DNA from: a virus
Reading direction: 5' to 3' (one strand)
Virus record (IMG/VR): IMGVR_UViG_3300045988_180190
Length of the DNA: 64,000 nt
Made by a program: the position numbers and the translations under genes. Shown here one piece after another: positions 37,314-47,485 of the stretch. The stretch's first letter is position 1. Every line of letters starts with the position of its first letter. Under the pieces are notes generated by a model. It was not told the DNA's origin. It saw only the letters and a list, made by a program, of their open reading frames with translations, and did no database searches.

Positions 37314-38834
37314 CTATCTAGCTATTTCAGCAGCCTCCTTAATGGATTCTTCGAGAATAGCGTCGTCGTCAAAATCATCATCCTCGTCATCGTCTTCGTC
37401 GTCCTCATCATCTTCATCTTCTGATTCAGAAACTTCTACAACGTGACCATCAGGATCATCATTTGCCACAGCGTCTAAAATCAATGCAAGCTTTGCGGAA
37501 TCATCATCGGTCAACTCTCCGGATTCCACCGCTTCTTCAATCTCTCTTACTATATCATCAAGAGACAGCTCTACATCTGCAGTATTCTCCTCTGCAACTT
37601 TTGTTGCATATGCTAACTTAATATATTTCTGTGCTAAATCTGCATATTTAGCTGCTGCTTGTTTAGAGAGCGGTTCGACCACGGTCTGATCTGCTATAGC
37701 GTTTGCTTGTGGCTCAGGCACACCTGCTTGTGGGGCTATCGGAGCGGGTGGGACTGCTGCGGCTTCAGGTGCTGCTGCGCCTTCCTCACTCATAAGGTTC
37801 ATTACTAATTCCTCCGCAACACGTGGGTCTATTAATCCCTGTTGCACAGCTTGCTCCAAGAACATTTGTGCCTCTTCGGGTGATAAGAGACTATCATTAT
37901 CCGTCTGCGCTGCTTCAACTGCCATCTGAGCTAAAATCTGCGCCTGTTCTTGTGTGATCTCATTGCTAGCAACCATCTCATCAAGTGCTGTTCCGAATGC
38001 GTCTAATCCCTCTATTGTCGGATCCCCTTCTTCTACTGCTGCAGAATCATTAATGTCCTGAGCATCTAAAGCTCCTTGGGCATAGGCATGTTTTAAAAAT
38101 TCTTGGTCTCCAAACTGTTCCATATTCTGCCTATGTATCTCAGATGCTCTAAAGTACTGTGACGCAAGTTTAAATTGTTGCTTTTGTTCTTTCTTTGGGA
38201 GTCTGCTTATTGCAGTTAACATTGCAAGACTAGCTAATTTAAGCTGCTGTTCCTCAAGTTCTGAAGCATACTGTAACTCTTCGAATTGTTGAACTTGTTC
38301 GGCGGCATATTTAATTTCATTGAGAGTTGCTAGCTGCATCTGTTTTCCCTTTTCTGAGTCAATAGCTCTTTGCAGGGCAATCCTTCCTTCCTCTGTGTCA
38401 GTAAGAACGCTAGCTACTTTAGCAATAACGTCATAGCTTAAAACTATATCATTTGCAATATTGTCGGGGGTAGCAGCAGTTTTTTCTGTTGTAGCTTTCT
38501 CCGAAGGTTGAGTATTAATGTTTGCGAACTCTAAAAGTTTCTTTGTAGTATTGGCAGCTTTCTCGACAATTTTCTTTTCTTTTTCTTCCAATCCACTCCC
38601 ACCAGATTTAGGGGACATATCAGAAGGCTGAGCTGCGTTTGTTTGGTCGTTCTGCAGTTGTTCCTTAGGATTTTGTCCAGGGGTGGGATCCACCGTTGAC
38701 TTTGTGCAAGTAGGTTGAGGGGCTTCTTCGTTCGGGTCTGCAGGTTCCGCAGATTCAGAAGCGTATTTAGAAGCCTGATTTAATTTATCCATAAGCGCCT
38801 TTAAGTTAGCTCTCTTAATAGAATTTTGTTTCAT
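37314..38834 (-). CDS. highly acidic head-module protein (scaffold/internal protein candidate)
   Basis: 506 aa. Gln/Glu/Ala-rich. C-terminal SESEDEDDEDDEDDDEDDDFDDD. Confidence 0.6.
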   Translation of the reverse strand: MKQNSIKRANLKALMDKLNQASKYASESAEPADPNEEAPQPTCTKSTVDPTPGQNPKEQLQNDQTNAAQPSDMSPKSGGSGLEEKEKKIVEKAANTTKKLLEFANINTQPSEKATTEKTAATPDNIANDIVLSYDVIAKVASVLTDTEEGRIALQRAIDSEKGKQMQLATLNEIKYAAEQVQQFEELQYASELEEQQLKLASLAMLTAISRLPKKEQKQQFKLASQYFRASEIHRQNMEQFGDQEFLKHAYAQGALDAQDINDSAAVEEGDPTIEGLDAFGTALDEMVASNEITQEQAQILAQMAVEAAQTDNDSLLSPEEAQMFLEQAVQQGLIDPRVAEELVMNLMSEEGAAAPEAAAVPPAPIAPQAGVPEPQANAIADQTVVEPLSKQAAAKYADLAQKYIKLAYATKVAEENTADVELSLDDIVREIEEAVESGELTDDDSAKLALILDAVANDDPDGHVVEVSESEDEDDEDDEDDDEDDDFDDDAILEESIKEAAEIAR

Positions 38835-39041
38835 GATTTTAATATATGAATTAATGACATTAATTTATTTTTGACAAAATATTCGTTGGGACGAATACTC
38901 ATTTAGGTTTTTCCTAAACGATTCCCGCTTCCATAAGGGTGTCTATAAAATTTTTAGTTTTATAAACCTCACTCCCTCTCCACGAGCGATCACGGCATGT
39001 CTTACCGCTAAAATATGTGTTTGATTGTTGAAGATTATAAT

Positions 39042-40682
39042 TTAAATTGCAATACAATTTTGAGAAATTGCATCAATTAATACAACTTCTGGCAAGTTTC
39101 CGTCATAATGATAGCTTGATATATCTTGTAAAGCAGCTAATTTATAGAAAGCATAAGTAAATGCCAATTGTTCTGCAATACGCTTATCCTCCTTGCTCAA
39201 TTCTATTTCTGGATTTAAAGATGCGGTCTTTAATTTAAAAAACTTACCGCAATCCTCTTTGCGCTCTACGTCAGAAGGCACTCCACCATGAATAATTGTA
39301 ATTTGTATTATCCTCGGTTGCTTTTTTTCTTCTTTATAAGATAATTTATCTTCTATCTCATCCATAATTTTTTGGACGGGATCCGTGTTGTTCAGATCGT
39401 ACATAGCCTCGATAGGATCTCCTGCCTGAAATAAGTCTTCAATACCATCTCCGCAAGGCATACAACCCCCGGACTCTATAATATCTTTTACTTCTGAAAA
39501 AACAGTTGGTATAATAGCTATTTCCGCGTATTTAACTATGTTATCCTTCTGAATCTCACTGGCAAATTTTGGGTTGCCATCAAATATTAAATCTACAAAT
39601 GGTCGGAAAGACAATATGCTAGCTCTCTTCTGAAGCTCGTAAAACAAAGTTTCAGGTCTCAAATTTTTTAACTCGCTTATATTCTGCTTTGACAAGGTAT
39701 AATCCTTTTCAAAATTTATATACTTTGCGTTTTTAATATAGATTGACCTTGGGTCTGTTACTTTATCTGATGAGGCATTGATATCAATAAATTCTTTTTC
39801 CAAAGAAGCTAACTTTTTTAGAATATCCGATTTTTGTGAATCGTTAAAATAACTATCAATATCACCCCTCTGACGTTCAATACTGGAACCAAACTTTAAT
39901 AAATCATAACCTAATATCTCAGGGAGTAAGACTGATGGAATGCAGGAGTCATTCTCCCTAGCAGATTTTAATATAGCGTCCTTATTGGCGTCATTAAATC
40001 TATATTCCAGATAATCGGCTATTCTATCTGCAGGTTTCGCTACGATAGATAAGTCAAAAAAGGTAGGTGTATCATTATGGACATATGCCCATTTATTCAC
40101 AGGCTTTCCATCCCATTCTTTTATATATTTTCCAGCGAATCTCTTCATCCATGGTTCATATTCAGAAGAATTTTTGCAAAGTTTACCAGATATGTTATCT
40201 CTATCATGGGGCACACTGCATCCCATACTGCTACTCAATGGCTTTCCACTCAGTGCAGTTTCATATTCTTGCGCAGCCTTTTTAATGTTTGCCCATGCTA
40301 CCACCTCTATCCTGTGCATGTCATTATTATAAGCTGCAGCTTTTATGATGCCGATTCTATTCTTGGGTGAAGAGGAATTATGTTCTCTAAATAAATTAGC
40401 ATTGGTTTCAAAAGTCTTATAGTATTTCTCATTAGCTTTCTTTGGGAAACCATCTGCGTTTTTATTAAATCCATAAGTTTCATCATCACCAATAGCTGTA
40501 ATGTGTATAAGAAAATGATCTTTGTCAGGTTTGCAATCCTCTAATAGTTGTCTAGATATTGCACTAGAAGAAGCCTTCTTAATATTCGTATAGAAGTTAG
40601 TGTCTCGAATTACCGAGACCATAACTCCGTCAAGCGATGAAAAAAGCTCAGAATTTGAGTCAGGGTATACTAACTTTTTCAT
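39042..40682 (-). CDS. prohead protease-like protein (N-terminal domain) with long C-terminal extension
   Basis: 546 aa. NKNADGFP...LFREHNSSSPKNRIGII and LSSSMGCSV resemble the His and Ser blocks I recall for HK97-type prohead proteases. Position is upstream of the scaffold and MCP genes. Confidence 0.4.
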   Translation of the reverse strand: MKKLVYPDSNSELFSSLDGVMVSVIRDTNFYTNIKKASSSAISRQLLEDCKPDKDHFLIHITAIGDDETYGFNKNADGFPKKANEKYYKTFETNANLFREHNSSSPKNRIGIIKAAAYNNDMHRIEVVAWANIKKAAQEYETALSGKPLSSSMGCSVPHDRDNISGKLCKNSSEYEPWMKRFAGKYIKEWDGKPVNKWAYVHNDTPTFFDLSIVAKPADRIADYLEYRFNDANKDAILKSARENDSCIPSVLLPEILGYDLLKFGSSIERQRGDIDSYFNDSQKSDILKKLASLEKEFIDINASSDKVTDPRSIYIKNAKYINFEKDYTLSKQNISELKNLRPETLFYELQKRASILSFRPFVDLIFDGNPKFASEIQKDNIVKYAEIAIIPTVFSEVKDIIESGGCMPCGDGIEDLFQAGDPIEAMYDLNNTDPVQKIMDEIEDKLSYKEEKKQPRIIQITIIHGGVPSDVERKEDCGKFFKLKTASLNPEIELSKEDKRIAEQLAFTYAFYKLAALQDISSYHYDGNLPEVVLIDAISQNCIAI

Positions 40683-40684
40683 AA

Positions 40685-41413
40685 CTAATCTATATTTAAT
40701 TCCTGCTTTAAGTTATCCCATAACCTCATTCCAGTTAGTCCACCTAGACCAGCAACTGCTAGACTTGGACTTCTGCGCACAAGCCCATTAATCACTTTAT
40801 CCGTAGACTTTGGGGCATAAGCCTTGACTTTTGTAAGCAAGTTAGTTAGTTTCTCTGCAGCTTTGGGTGACTTAGCTTCTATAAAAGATGGTACTTTGAG
40901 CTTAGCTAAAACATTAGGGGAACTCTTTTCAAAGGGATTTTTTAGATTAAATCTATTTGATACATAAGCACCTACACGCTCTCCTGCAAGTGCTCCGCCT
41001 CCTCCGGATAGAACCGTACCCCAAGTTGGTATAACTGCATCCAACATTCCGGGATCATTCATATCCTTTACAGTGTCTGCTACGTCATCATAATTAACTG
41101 GTTTATTATCTTCTAATAATTTTTCAGTTGCAGTAAATGACTCTGGAGAAGTATTCCAAAGGGTTGAAGCCCCTATTAAACCTGCGGAACCAAGAGCCGC
41201 AGCTAATGTAGGCAATAGTGTAGATCTAATTATGCGTTTGCGCCTTGCGGAAGGACTTTCACCTACACGGCGCTTATTGCTTGCAATATATGCCGCTATA
41301 CCTCCAGTTCCAATAGTTGCGACTAGAGCGGGTATTAAGTATCTAGATAATGCTTGCTTACCGTTAGCTCTGAACTCCGGATTATTAACTATAGTTTCTA
41401 ATAAATTTGGCAT
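40685..41413 (-). CDS. glycine-zipper membrane protein
   Basis: 242 aa. Segments ALVATIGTGGIAAYIAS, LAAALGSAGLIGAS, LSGGGGALAGERVGAY, LAVAGLGGLTGM. Confidence 0.6.
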   Translation of the reverse strand: MPNLLETIVNNPEFRANGKQALSRYLIPALVATIGTGGIAAYIASNKRRVGESPSARRKRIIRSTLLPTLAAALGSAGLIGASTLWNTSPESFTATEKLLEDNKPVNYDDVADTVKDMNDPGMLDAVIPTWGTVLSGGGGALAGERVGAYVSNRFNLKNPFEKSSPNVLAKLKVPSFIEAKSPKAAEKLTNLLTKVKAYAPKSTDKVINGLVRRSPSLAVAGLGGLTGMRLWDNLKQELNID

Positions 41414-41417
41414 AAAA

Positions 41418-43526
41418 TTATCCTTGTTTATTCTTACTTATACTATCTAGTAGTTTTACAGTATTAAGATCCATTCCACCAAGTTCTGCGCCTTGACGTA
41501 AAAATGTTTTTAAAACTGTCTTATTCTTAGTGATATCAGGCATAAAGTCTTTTGCAGCTTGAAGCATATCAGCCAATTCACGTTTCTGATTAAAGTTTAA
41601 TTTTGATAACACTGGGTCTGTAATCATTAAGTCGTTGAAGAACTCAGAGGATTTCACTTTGTTTATCTCATCTATAAGCTTCCCCTCAGTAGGATTAACT
41701 GTAGGTTTACTTGAGCTCCATTCCTTATATAGGAACTTATATGGATTTTTGGCCATACTAACCGCCACTCCTAGTGCTTTTTCTGCATCAAATGGTGGAA
41801 GTTTAGGAAGTGGTGACCCCATAGGTGTCCTTCTAGGAGACGGTTTTTTTGGGGGGTGTTTTTTTGGGGAAGGATTTGGGTTTTTCTTAGGATCTCCTGG
41901 AGAACCGGTATCGGGAGTTGGGGGTAGGGGTGGTGTTGGCGGAGGTGGTGTTGTAAACCCGTCTACTGTCCAGGTGTCGGCAGAAGGTAGCATCTGTGGT
42001 TGATCTACTTTGGCAAGATCAGTGGAGTGTGGCTCATGGACTAAGCTTCTTGAGTCGTCCGAAACCGCTGGGAGGTAAAATTCCTCTGGAGAATTTTCTG
42101 TATTCTCTGAATTCTCATCTGAGGTGTTTGTATCATCAGAATCACCATTGTGAATATTTGGGTCTACGTCGTCGTCTGGAATGTTGGGATCGTTTGACTC
42201 AATGCCCTGTGATCCAGAAGTATTCGTATTTTTTTCTAGATCTTTTTTTGTCTGATAAAATTCATTTATGTAATATTTAGGATTACTTTCTTGTAGATAG
42301 TCAACCACATAGTCTGGAGCTTCTTTTACAAACTCATTCCAATTACTATCTCCTACTTCTGGAAGATTCCGCTTGTATTCACCATCCTCAAGTGTTAAAT
42401 AACCATGCAGTATTAGCCATAAATCCGCTAGATTATCTCGAGTTAAGCCATCTGGAGTTAAGTCATATGGGTCATTCGAGTCGGTTAGCTTATCGTCTTT
42501 GTGGTTTGCATCATCTTCCGAGCCTCCTGACGAACTTGCCGAAGCAAATTTTTGCTGTAGGGCTGAAGCTACAACACCTAAGTTCGAAAAATTAGTAAAA
42601 TAGTCTAACAACGAGTTAGCCAAGTCATAAGGCTCATCGGGAGCTAAAAAACTTGCTATCTTATGCCTCTCACCCCAAGTATTAGGAAGTTGCTCAGTGA
42701 GTATATACTCCCCTAATCCATAAGAATCCGAAAGTACTGACGCTAATTTTACTGCTGCGTCGTCGAATGTTGTAGATTGAATGTCAAATAAATCTCTTGT
42801 ATCTTGAACAATCTCAAAGAATTCTTTGTCCCTCAACAGGTTTTGCGGGTTAAAAAATTTAGCAAATTTCTTTTCTATGGAACTTAAATTATACCTAAGC
42901 TCCTCTTCCAAATCCAGGTAGTCTTGTGTGTCAAATTCCCAATCAGCTACTGTGCTAGAAGCTATTTTTTGGGTGTATTCTCCATCTACAAGATTATTGT
43001 ATTGTATAATCTCTGCCTCTGATATTGGATTTGGCTTATACTCATCTTCATATAATTCGGTAAAGTCGCCTTCAGCCATATGAGAAGACTTGTCGCTCGC
43101 AGCCTTACGCATATCTTCTACGTCAAATTCAAAAAATTGGTCATCGCCATTATGTATGGAATCCTCTAAGAATTTATGCATCGATAAGACATTGGGCATT
43201 GAAACCTCAGCATATTTCTTCAAAAGAGATTCTGTGTCTATGGTGCTAAAACTTCTACCTCTATCGGACGCAGTTTTAGAAGACGCATAAATACTTTGAG
43301 TTTTAAGCGTATTAATAGCTTTTGCTACTGCCCCCAACATTTCAGGAGACATATCATGTTCTCTTGCAAAATGCAAAAGCTCTTCCTCTGGATGAGAAGC
43401 TTTCTTCATTAAAGGAACAAGCTGTTTAACATGTTCGATAACAATTTGTCTATCTAATATTTTTGGATCCATGTCTAAATAACTATACTTTTTATTGGCA
43501 TTTTGGAAATAATATCCAAAGTCCAA
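41418..43526 (-). CDS. hypothetical head-module protein with acidic and Pro/Lys-rich low-complexity regions
   Basis: 702 aa (TTG start in the ORF track; the first in-frame ATG is at residue 19). Contains TPPPPTPPLPPTPDTGSPGDPKKNPNPSPKKHPPKKPSPRR. Confidence 0.55.
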   Translation of the reverse strand: MDFGYYFQNANKKYSYLDMDPKILDRQIVIEHVKQLVPLMKKASHPEEELLHFAREHDMSPEMLGAVAKAINTLKTQSIYASSKTASDRGRSFSTIDTESLLKKYAEVSMPNVLSMHKFLEDSIHNGDDQFFEFDVEDMRKAASDKSSHMAEGDFTELYEDEYKPNPISEAEIIQYNNLVDGEYTQKIASSTVADWEFDTQDYLDLEEELRYNLSSIEKKFAKFFNPQNLLRDKEFFEIVQDTRDLFDIQSTTFDDAAVKLASVLSDSYGLGEYILTEQLPNTWGERHKIASFLAPDEPYDLANSLLDYFTNFSNLGVVASALQQKFASASSSGGSEDDANHKDDKLTDSNDPYDLTPDGLTRDNLADLWLILHGYLTLEDGEYKRNLPEVGDSNWNEFVKEAPDYVVDYLQESNPKYYINEFYQTKKDLEKNTNTSGSQGIESNDPNIPDDDVDPNIHNGDSDDTNTSDENSENTENSPEEFYLPAVSDDSRSLVHEPHSTDLAKVDQPQMLPSADTWTVDGFTTPPPPTPPLPPTPDTGSPGDPKKNPNPSPKKHPPKKPSPRRTPMGSPLPKLPPFDAEKALGVAVSMAKNPYKFLYKEWSSSKPTVNPTEGKLIDEINKVKSSEFFNDLMITDPVLSKLNFNQKRELADMLQAAKDFMPDITKNKTVLKTFLRQGAELGGMDLNTVKLLDSISKNKQG

Positions 43527-43604
43527 GCAAATTAATTTACTTCTTTTGATACCCTCTCAAAAAAACATTTAAATTGCAATAAAATTTAACAAACAAAAAT
43601 CAAT

Positions 43605-44507
43605 TTAACTTTTAGAACTTTCATATTTGGACATCTCAAGTTCCGTTATCGCGTCCAATTTCTCTTGTATCTCTGGTCCTTTTATATCATGTATAGCATC
43701 CCATATTGACTCCCCAAGAGATCCAAGTCCTTCTGTGTCTGCATTTGCAGTGTCGGTTCCTCCTTGTTTTGCAGCAATTAATAGCCCCTTTGCGGAAGAA
43801 ATGCTGTTGTGTCTTTGGTTTATATATCCATTGCGTACTAAGAAATGGGCATTAGCCATTATTGCAGCCTCGAGCTGAGAAGCAGATACAGCTGCGAACT
43901 TTTCGTTTAATACATTATTAGCCATTTTTAACCCAGCAAAATAAGCAGCGTCCTCTAATCCATTATTATACGCGGACCTTAAGATTAATGTACCAAATGA
44001 TTCTGTTTTAGCGTAGTTATCATCCATTTCCACAAGTCTAGTTTGCGGATACACATGGTTAGCTATGAACAAAGACTCATTTTTTCTATCTCTAATATTG
44101 TAAAATATTTGTTCATAACATCTTAATGAATCCTCACTAATACCTGTAATGGAAGATAGCTTAGAGAATGGCGTATCCGTAATAAGAAATGCCCTAATTG
44201 TTTCCTCCATTGTATGACTGGAAGGATGATGTAACCCTAATGCAAAAATTAAATAGTCATTCGTTGCGTCACCAAACTTTTCAAAATTATATAAATCTCT
44301 TAAATAAGTTTCATGCACTGCAGAAGGTAACCTAATGTTATCCCTAATTAAAGCTTTTATAAACCTATACCCAAATGATAAATCTTTATACGCGCACATA
44401 AACTTATTCACAGCGGTAACTTGCCGCGTGAAATTAAGCACCTCTCTAAAATAAGACGAGGTATCGGGTAAATAATCTATTAATTCTCGTATGCGCTCAA
44501 AAGTCAT
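43605..44507 (-). CDS. hypothetical protein
   Basis: 300 aa counted from the ATG at 44507 (MTFERIRELIDYL). The ORF-track TTG start at 44528 overlaps the intergenic hairpin. Confidence 0.55.
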   Translation of the reverse strand: MTFERIRELIDYLPDTSSYFREVLNFTRQVTAVNKFMCAYKDLSFGYRFIKALIRDNIRLPSAVHETYLRDLYNFEKFGDATNDYLIFALGLHHPSSHTMEETIRAFLITDTPFSKLSSITGISEDSLRCYEQIFYNIRDRKNESLFIANHVYPQTRLVEMDDNYAKTESFGTLILRSAYNNGLEDAAYFAGLKMANNVLNEKFAAVSASQLEAAIMANAHFLVRNGYINQRHNSISSAKGLLIAAKQGGTDTANADTEGLGSLGESIWDAIHDIKGPEIQEKLDAITELEMSKYESSKS

Positions 44508-44520
44508 AATTATTACAATT

Positions 44521-44542
44521 ACGCCCAAGTTGTCTTGGGCGT
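44521..44542 (-). promoter_or_regulatory. GC-rich intergenic hairpin sharing its stem sequence with the MCP terminator
   Basis: acgcccaag-ttgt-cttgggcgt. No strong T-run follows on the minus strand. Confidence 0.4.
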
Positions 44543-44556
44543 AAAGAGGATAACTT

Positions 44557-46989
44557 TTATATCTTATTTGTTGTATTGGTAGATATCCCCGAGGTTTTTT
44601 GGATTAAGTCCAGCGTTAATTCGGATAGCTGTCTAAAGCAAGCCAGCACTGAATTCTCTAACCCTTTGATATCGTCACTTCCATAGTATTTTACGAAGTT
44701 TTGAGGACTTATTATTATTAGGAATAACAGTCTTGCCAACTTATCCATTCCATCTCTAAGAGAAGGAAGGAAATCGTTTATATACATCTGGGCGTCAGAC
44801 ACCTGAGATAATACGCTTACAATACCATGTTCAAATACACTACGCTGTCCACTTCTCTGGGCAAACTCCGCAAGCATATTTGGAGTAGCTGTCTGTAAGA
44901 AGTCGCTTGGGTCTTCTCTTGATACACCTTCGGTATTAGAAGCCGCTTCCATAAGAGTTGGAGTCATCATATCACCGTATCTTGGAGCTGGAGGTGCGTA
45001 GGACGTTTCATCCGTCATCAGTGCCCTTGTTTCTGGTATTTCATATGGTATATTTAAGTCTGAGTCAAAACCCTCAAAGAAATCTGGATCTGGATTTAAA
45101 ATAATTCTATCCGCAAATTTCTTAAATAGGAATTTATAATCCTCACCGCGTTTTTGGCTATCATTTGCATGCTTAATTATATAATCGGCAGTTTCTTCGG
45201 AAATATTTACATTCCCCATAAGCAACGCCATAGCACCCATTACATTTACGTTTGCAAATTTAAATCCTGCTATGTTTAAGTTATAACTGCCATCACCATT
45301 GTAATTGACATATCCATGTCCTACGCTGGAATGCTTGACCAAAGTATTGGCATATAAAGTTGACCAGTTACCGGGAACCCAATCTGCCTGAACTATTCCG
45401 ATATTATAATCACTTTTCTTAAAGGAATACAGATTATTTATATCAAAATGTTTCTTCATATCTCCAGCGAGATCTTTGTATTCAATTGGAAGTTCTATCC
45501 AACGCACACTGGGTAAAAATACCTTTAAATCATAAATCGGATATTGAGCAGACGGATTTACTTGTATAATCTCATCTGTTCCAAACACTTGTGTTCTCCA
45601 AGGCGAGAAATCATCATATCCATATGCTGGATATGCCTTTACGGTATATCCACCTGGTGAGTCTGCGTTATCTTTTACTTCTCCAATATAAAATGCTTCA
45701 TCTGATATATAGCAATATTCCGGATCCCATATGCCATAGATCTTACCTGCTTCTGGCTTGACTTTTAGAACTTTTGATAAGTCTTCCTCCTTTTTATCAT
45801 TATCTTTTTCCTCTATCGCTAAAATATTCCTAAAGTTACCAATAACAGGATCATGAAACCCTGGAGCTTTAACATTTTCATCCTCTTGATTATATAATTC
45901 TTTAGGACTGTTAATATCATGATACTGAATTATTCCTTTACGTTCCGGATCTATCGAAACTAAAAGGGCTGGAGTTTTCCCATAATCTGAGTTTCCCACA
46001 ATAGCAACACACCTAACCGTAGACCCGTCAGTAGTTAAAATATCGTAAACAGACGGAGCGTTGGTAGAAATGCCTGCCCAATTCTGATCTGGATCTGCAT
46101 CATAGATCATATTAAGCTGGTCTTCATCTCGATTATCTTCAAAAGAATATCCCTTCGTAATTTGCTCGGCTGCTGTCTTAACGGCATTCTTATTAAAAAT
46201 ACCTTTATGTAAGACTAATAAATTTTTCGGCTTTGCTGCTTCAGATGCCTTTTTCACTTGGAGAGCCCTTGCTTCTTCAAGCACGTCCATTGGAATATAA
46301 TCAGATTCGTCACAAAGCCCCACTACGTTATTTGCAAATTCTTTATCAGATTTTAAAGCCTCTGCAAGTTTGTTCCATGCGTCTATTCCAGCGGATTTTA
46401 AAAATTTGTGTAATGGGCTATAATCTACATCCTTTGACTCCACAAATGTGTTAAATACAGAATCATACATTGAAGTAAACGAAGAAAAATCGTCTTGATC
46501 CGTATCTGATAGATTTAGTTCTGAAGCAAACTTCTTAAGTGAAGAGGTTTTATAAAGCGGTGTGGCAATACGCATCATTTCAATGTCCTGCTTCCCTTGA
46601 TTTGCTAGAGACATGTCCACAGCAGTACCATCTCCACTTTCTTCATAGAGTCCTATAAAATAATTACACCAATCAGGATTAAGGTACACGAACTTCTTTT
46701 CGTCTACATTATATAAAAATTCTGTTCCCTTTACTTGCCCGTTTACATAGAATACTGGGGCATATAGAATATGTTTATTTACTCTAAATACGTAAATTCC
46801 CACCATCTTTGTGAAAGCGTCATTTGTCTTGACAATCTCAAAACCAAGATAGTAGTCATTTGTAAAAAATGGAGAAGCCTTATCTTCCATTACGGTTGAT
46901 GAAGCTCTATAAAAAGCTATTTCAGCATCTGTTTCTTTAAGAGCAGAAGACGCAGCCTTCTTGAAATCATAGTCTTTTAAGGATATCAT
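44557..46989 (-). CDS. portal protein candidate (by size and position only)
   Basis: 810-aa ORF at the upstream end of the protease/scaffold/MCP block. N-terminus MISLKDYDFKKAASSA weakly resembles the NF-x-KFA tag. Confidence 0.3.
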   Translation of the reverse strand: MISLKDYDFKKAASSALKETDAEIAFYRASSTVMEDKASPFFTNDYYLGFEIVKTNDAFTKMVGIYVFRVNKHILYAPVFYVNGQVKGTEFLYNVDEKKFVYLNPDWCNYFIGLYEESGDGTAVDMSLANQGKQDIEMMRIATPLYKTSSLKKFASELNLSDTDQDDFSSFTSMYDSVFNTFVESKDVDYSPLHKFLKSAGIDAWNKLAEALKSDKEFANNVVGLCDESDYIPMDVLEEARALQVKKASEAAKPKNLLVLHKGIFNKNAVKTAAEQITKGYSFEDNRDEDQLNMIYDADPDQNWAGISTNAPSVYDILTTDGSTVRCVAIVGNSDYGKTPALLVSIDPERKGIIQYHDINSPKELYNQEDENVKAPGFHDPVIGNFRNILAIEEKDNDKKEEDLSKVLKVKPEAGKIYGIWDPEYCYISDEAFYIGEVKDNADSPGGYTVKAYPAYGYDDFSPWRTQVFGTDEIIQVNPSAQYPIYDLKVFLPSVRWIELPIEYKDLAGDMKKHFDINNLYSFKKSDYNIGIVQADWVPGNWSTLYANTLVKHSSVGHGYVNYNGDGSYNLNIAGFKFANVNVMGAMALLMGNVNISEETADYIIKHANDSQKRGEDYKFLFKKFADRIILNPDPDFFEGFDSDLNIPYEIPETRALMTDETSYAPPAPRYGDMMTPTLMEAASNTEGVSREDPSDFLQTATPNMLAEFAQRSGQRSVFEHGIVSVLSQVSDAQMYINDFLPSLRDGMDKLARLLFLIIISPQNFVKYYGSDDIKGLENSVLACFRQLSELTLDLIQKTSGISTNTTNKI

Positions 46990-47058
46990 GTGTGTATTTA
47001 AAATTTAATGTAAAGCAAGTTTACGAGATTTTATAGTAAAAACGCAATCTTAATTTAT

Positions 47059-47463
47059 CTAACTTCTAGCTATATCTTTAGAAAAATCGTCTAGATTAGA
47101 TGTGAAATTAGGATCACCCGATCGCGAAATGGCATTGCGAAGAGCTTTAGCTTTTCCTCCCTGTCCTTGTGATTCAAGAATACTAACTTTCTTTCCCAAA
47201 TCCGCGAGTGCATCACTCTTCTTGCCATAATCGCTTAAAATATTTTTAAATAGATCATTATTATTGTCCAATAAGGTATCGTACTTACCAGACTCTCTGT
47301 CCTCCGAAGTTAAATTTGCCCCATAATTACTAGAGTCAAGAGTAGAATCCTTCTCATCCATATCCCCTCTGTCTGCTTGATTAAGCACAGATTCCGTAAT
47401 CTGATTCTTAATCCAGTCTGGGCTCGCTGCGAATTTTTTAAAATTTAAAATTTTAAATGACAT
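47059..47463 (-). CDS. NF-x-KFA-tagged hypothetical protein
   Basis: 134 aa. N-terminus MSFKILNFKKFAASPDW. Confidence 0.6.
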   Translation of the reverse strand: MSFKILNFKKFAASPDWIKNQITESVLNQADRGDMDEKDSTLDSSNYGANLTSEDRESGKYDTLLDNNNDLFKNILSDYGKKSDALADLGKKVSILESQGQGGKAKALRNAISRSGDPNFTSNLDDFSKDIARS

Positions 47464-47485
47464 AATAATTAGTAATTAATATTTT

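Noticed and set aside
28777-39041. tRNA or other classical RNA genes in the long intergenic regions (28777-28922, 38835-39041, 25386-25531).
   Set aside because: I could trace no GTTCRA-type T-loop and no cloverleaf with an acceptor stem. I found no CRISPR-like regularly spaced direct repeats anywhere in the window.
7233-44528. Long N-terminal extensions in the ORF track that overlap upstream genes (starts at 7274, 10926, 14793, 15581, 18405, 22329, 28776, 31739, 44528).
   Set aside because: At least four use TTG/GTG starts (28776, 31739 and 44528 checked here, plus the 60906 ORF), and all overlap the preceding gene or a hairpin. In each case an in-frame ATG lies a few nt after the upstream stop, so I used that instead.
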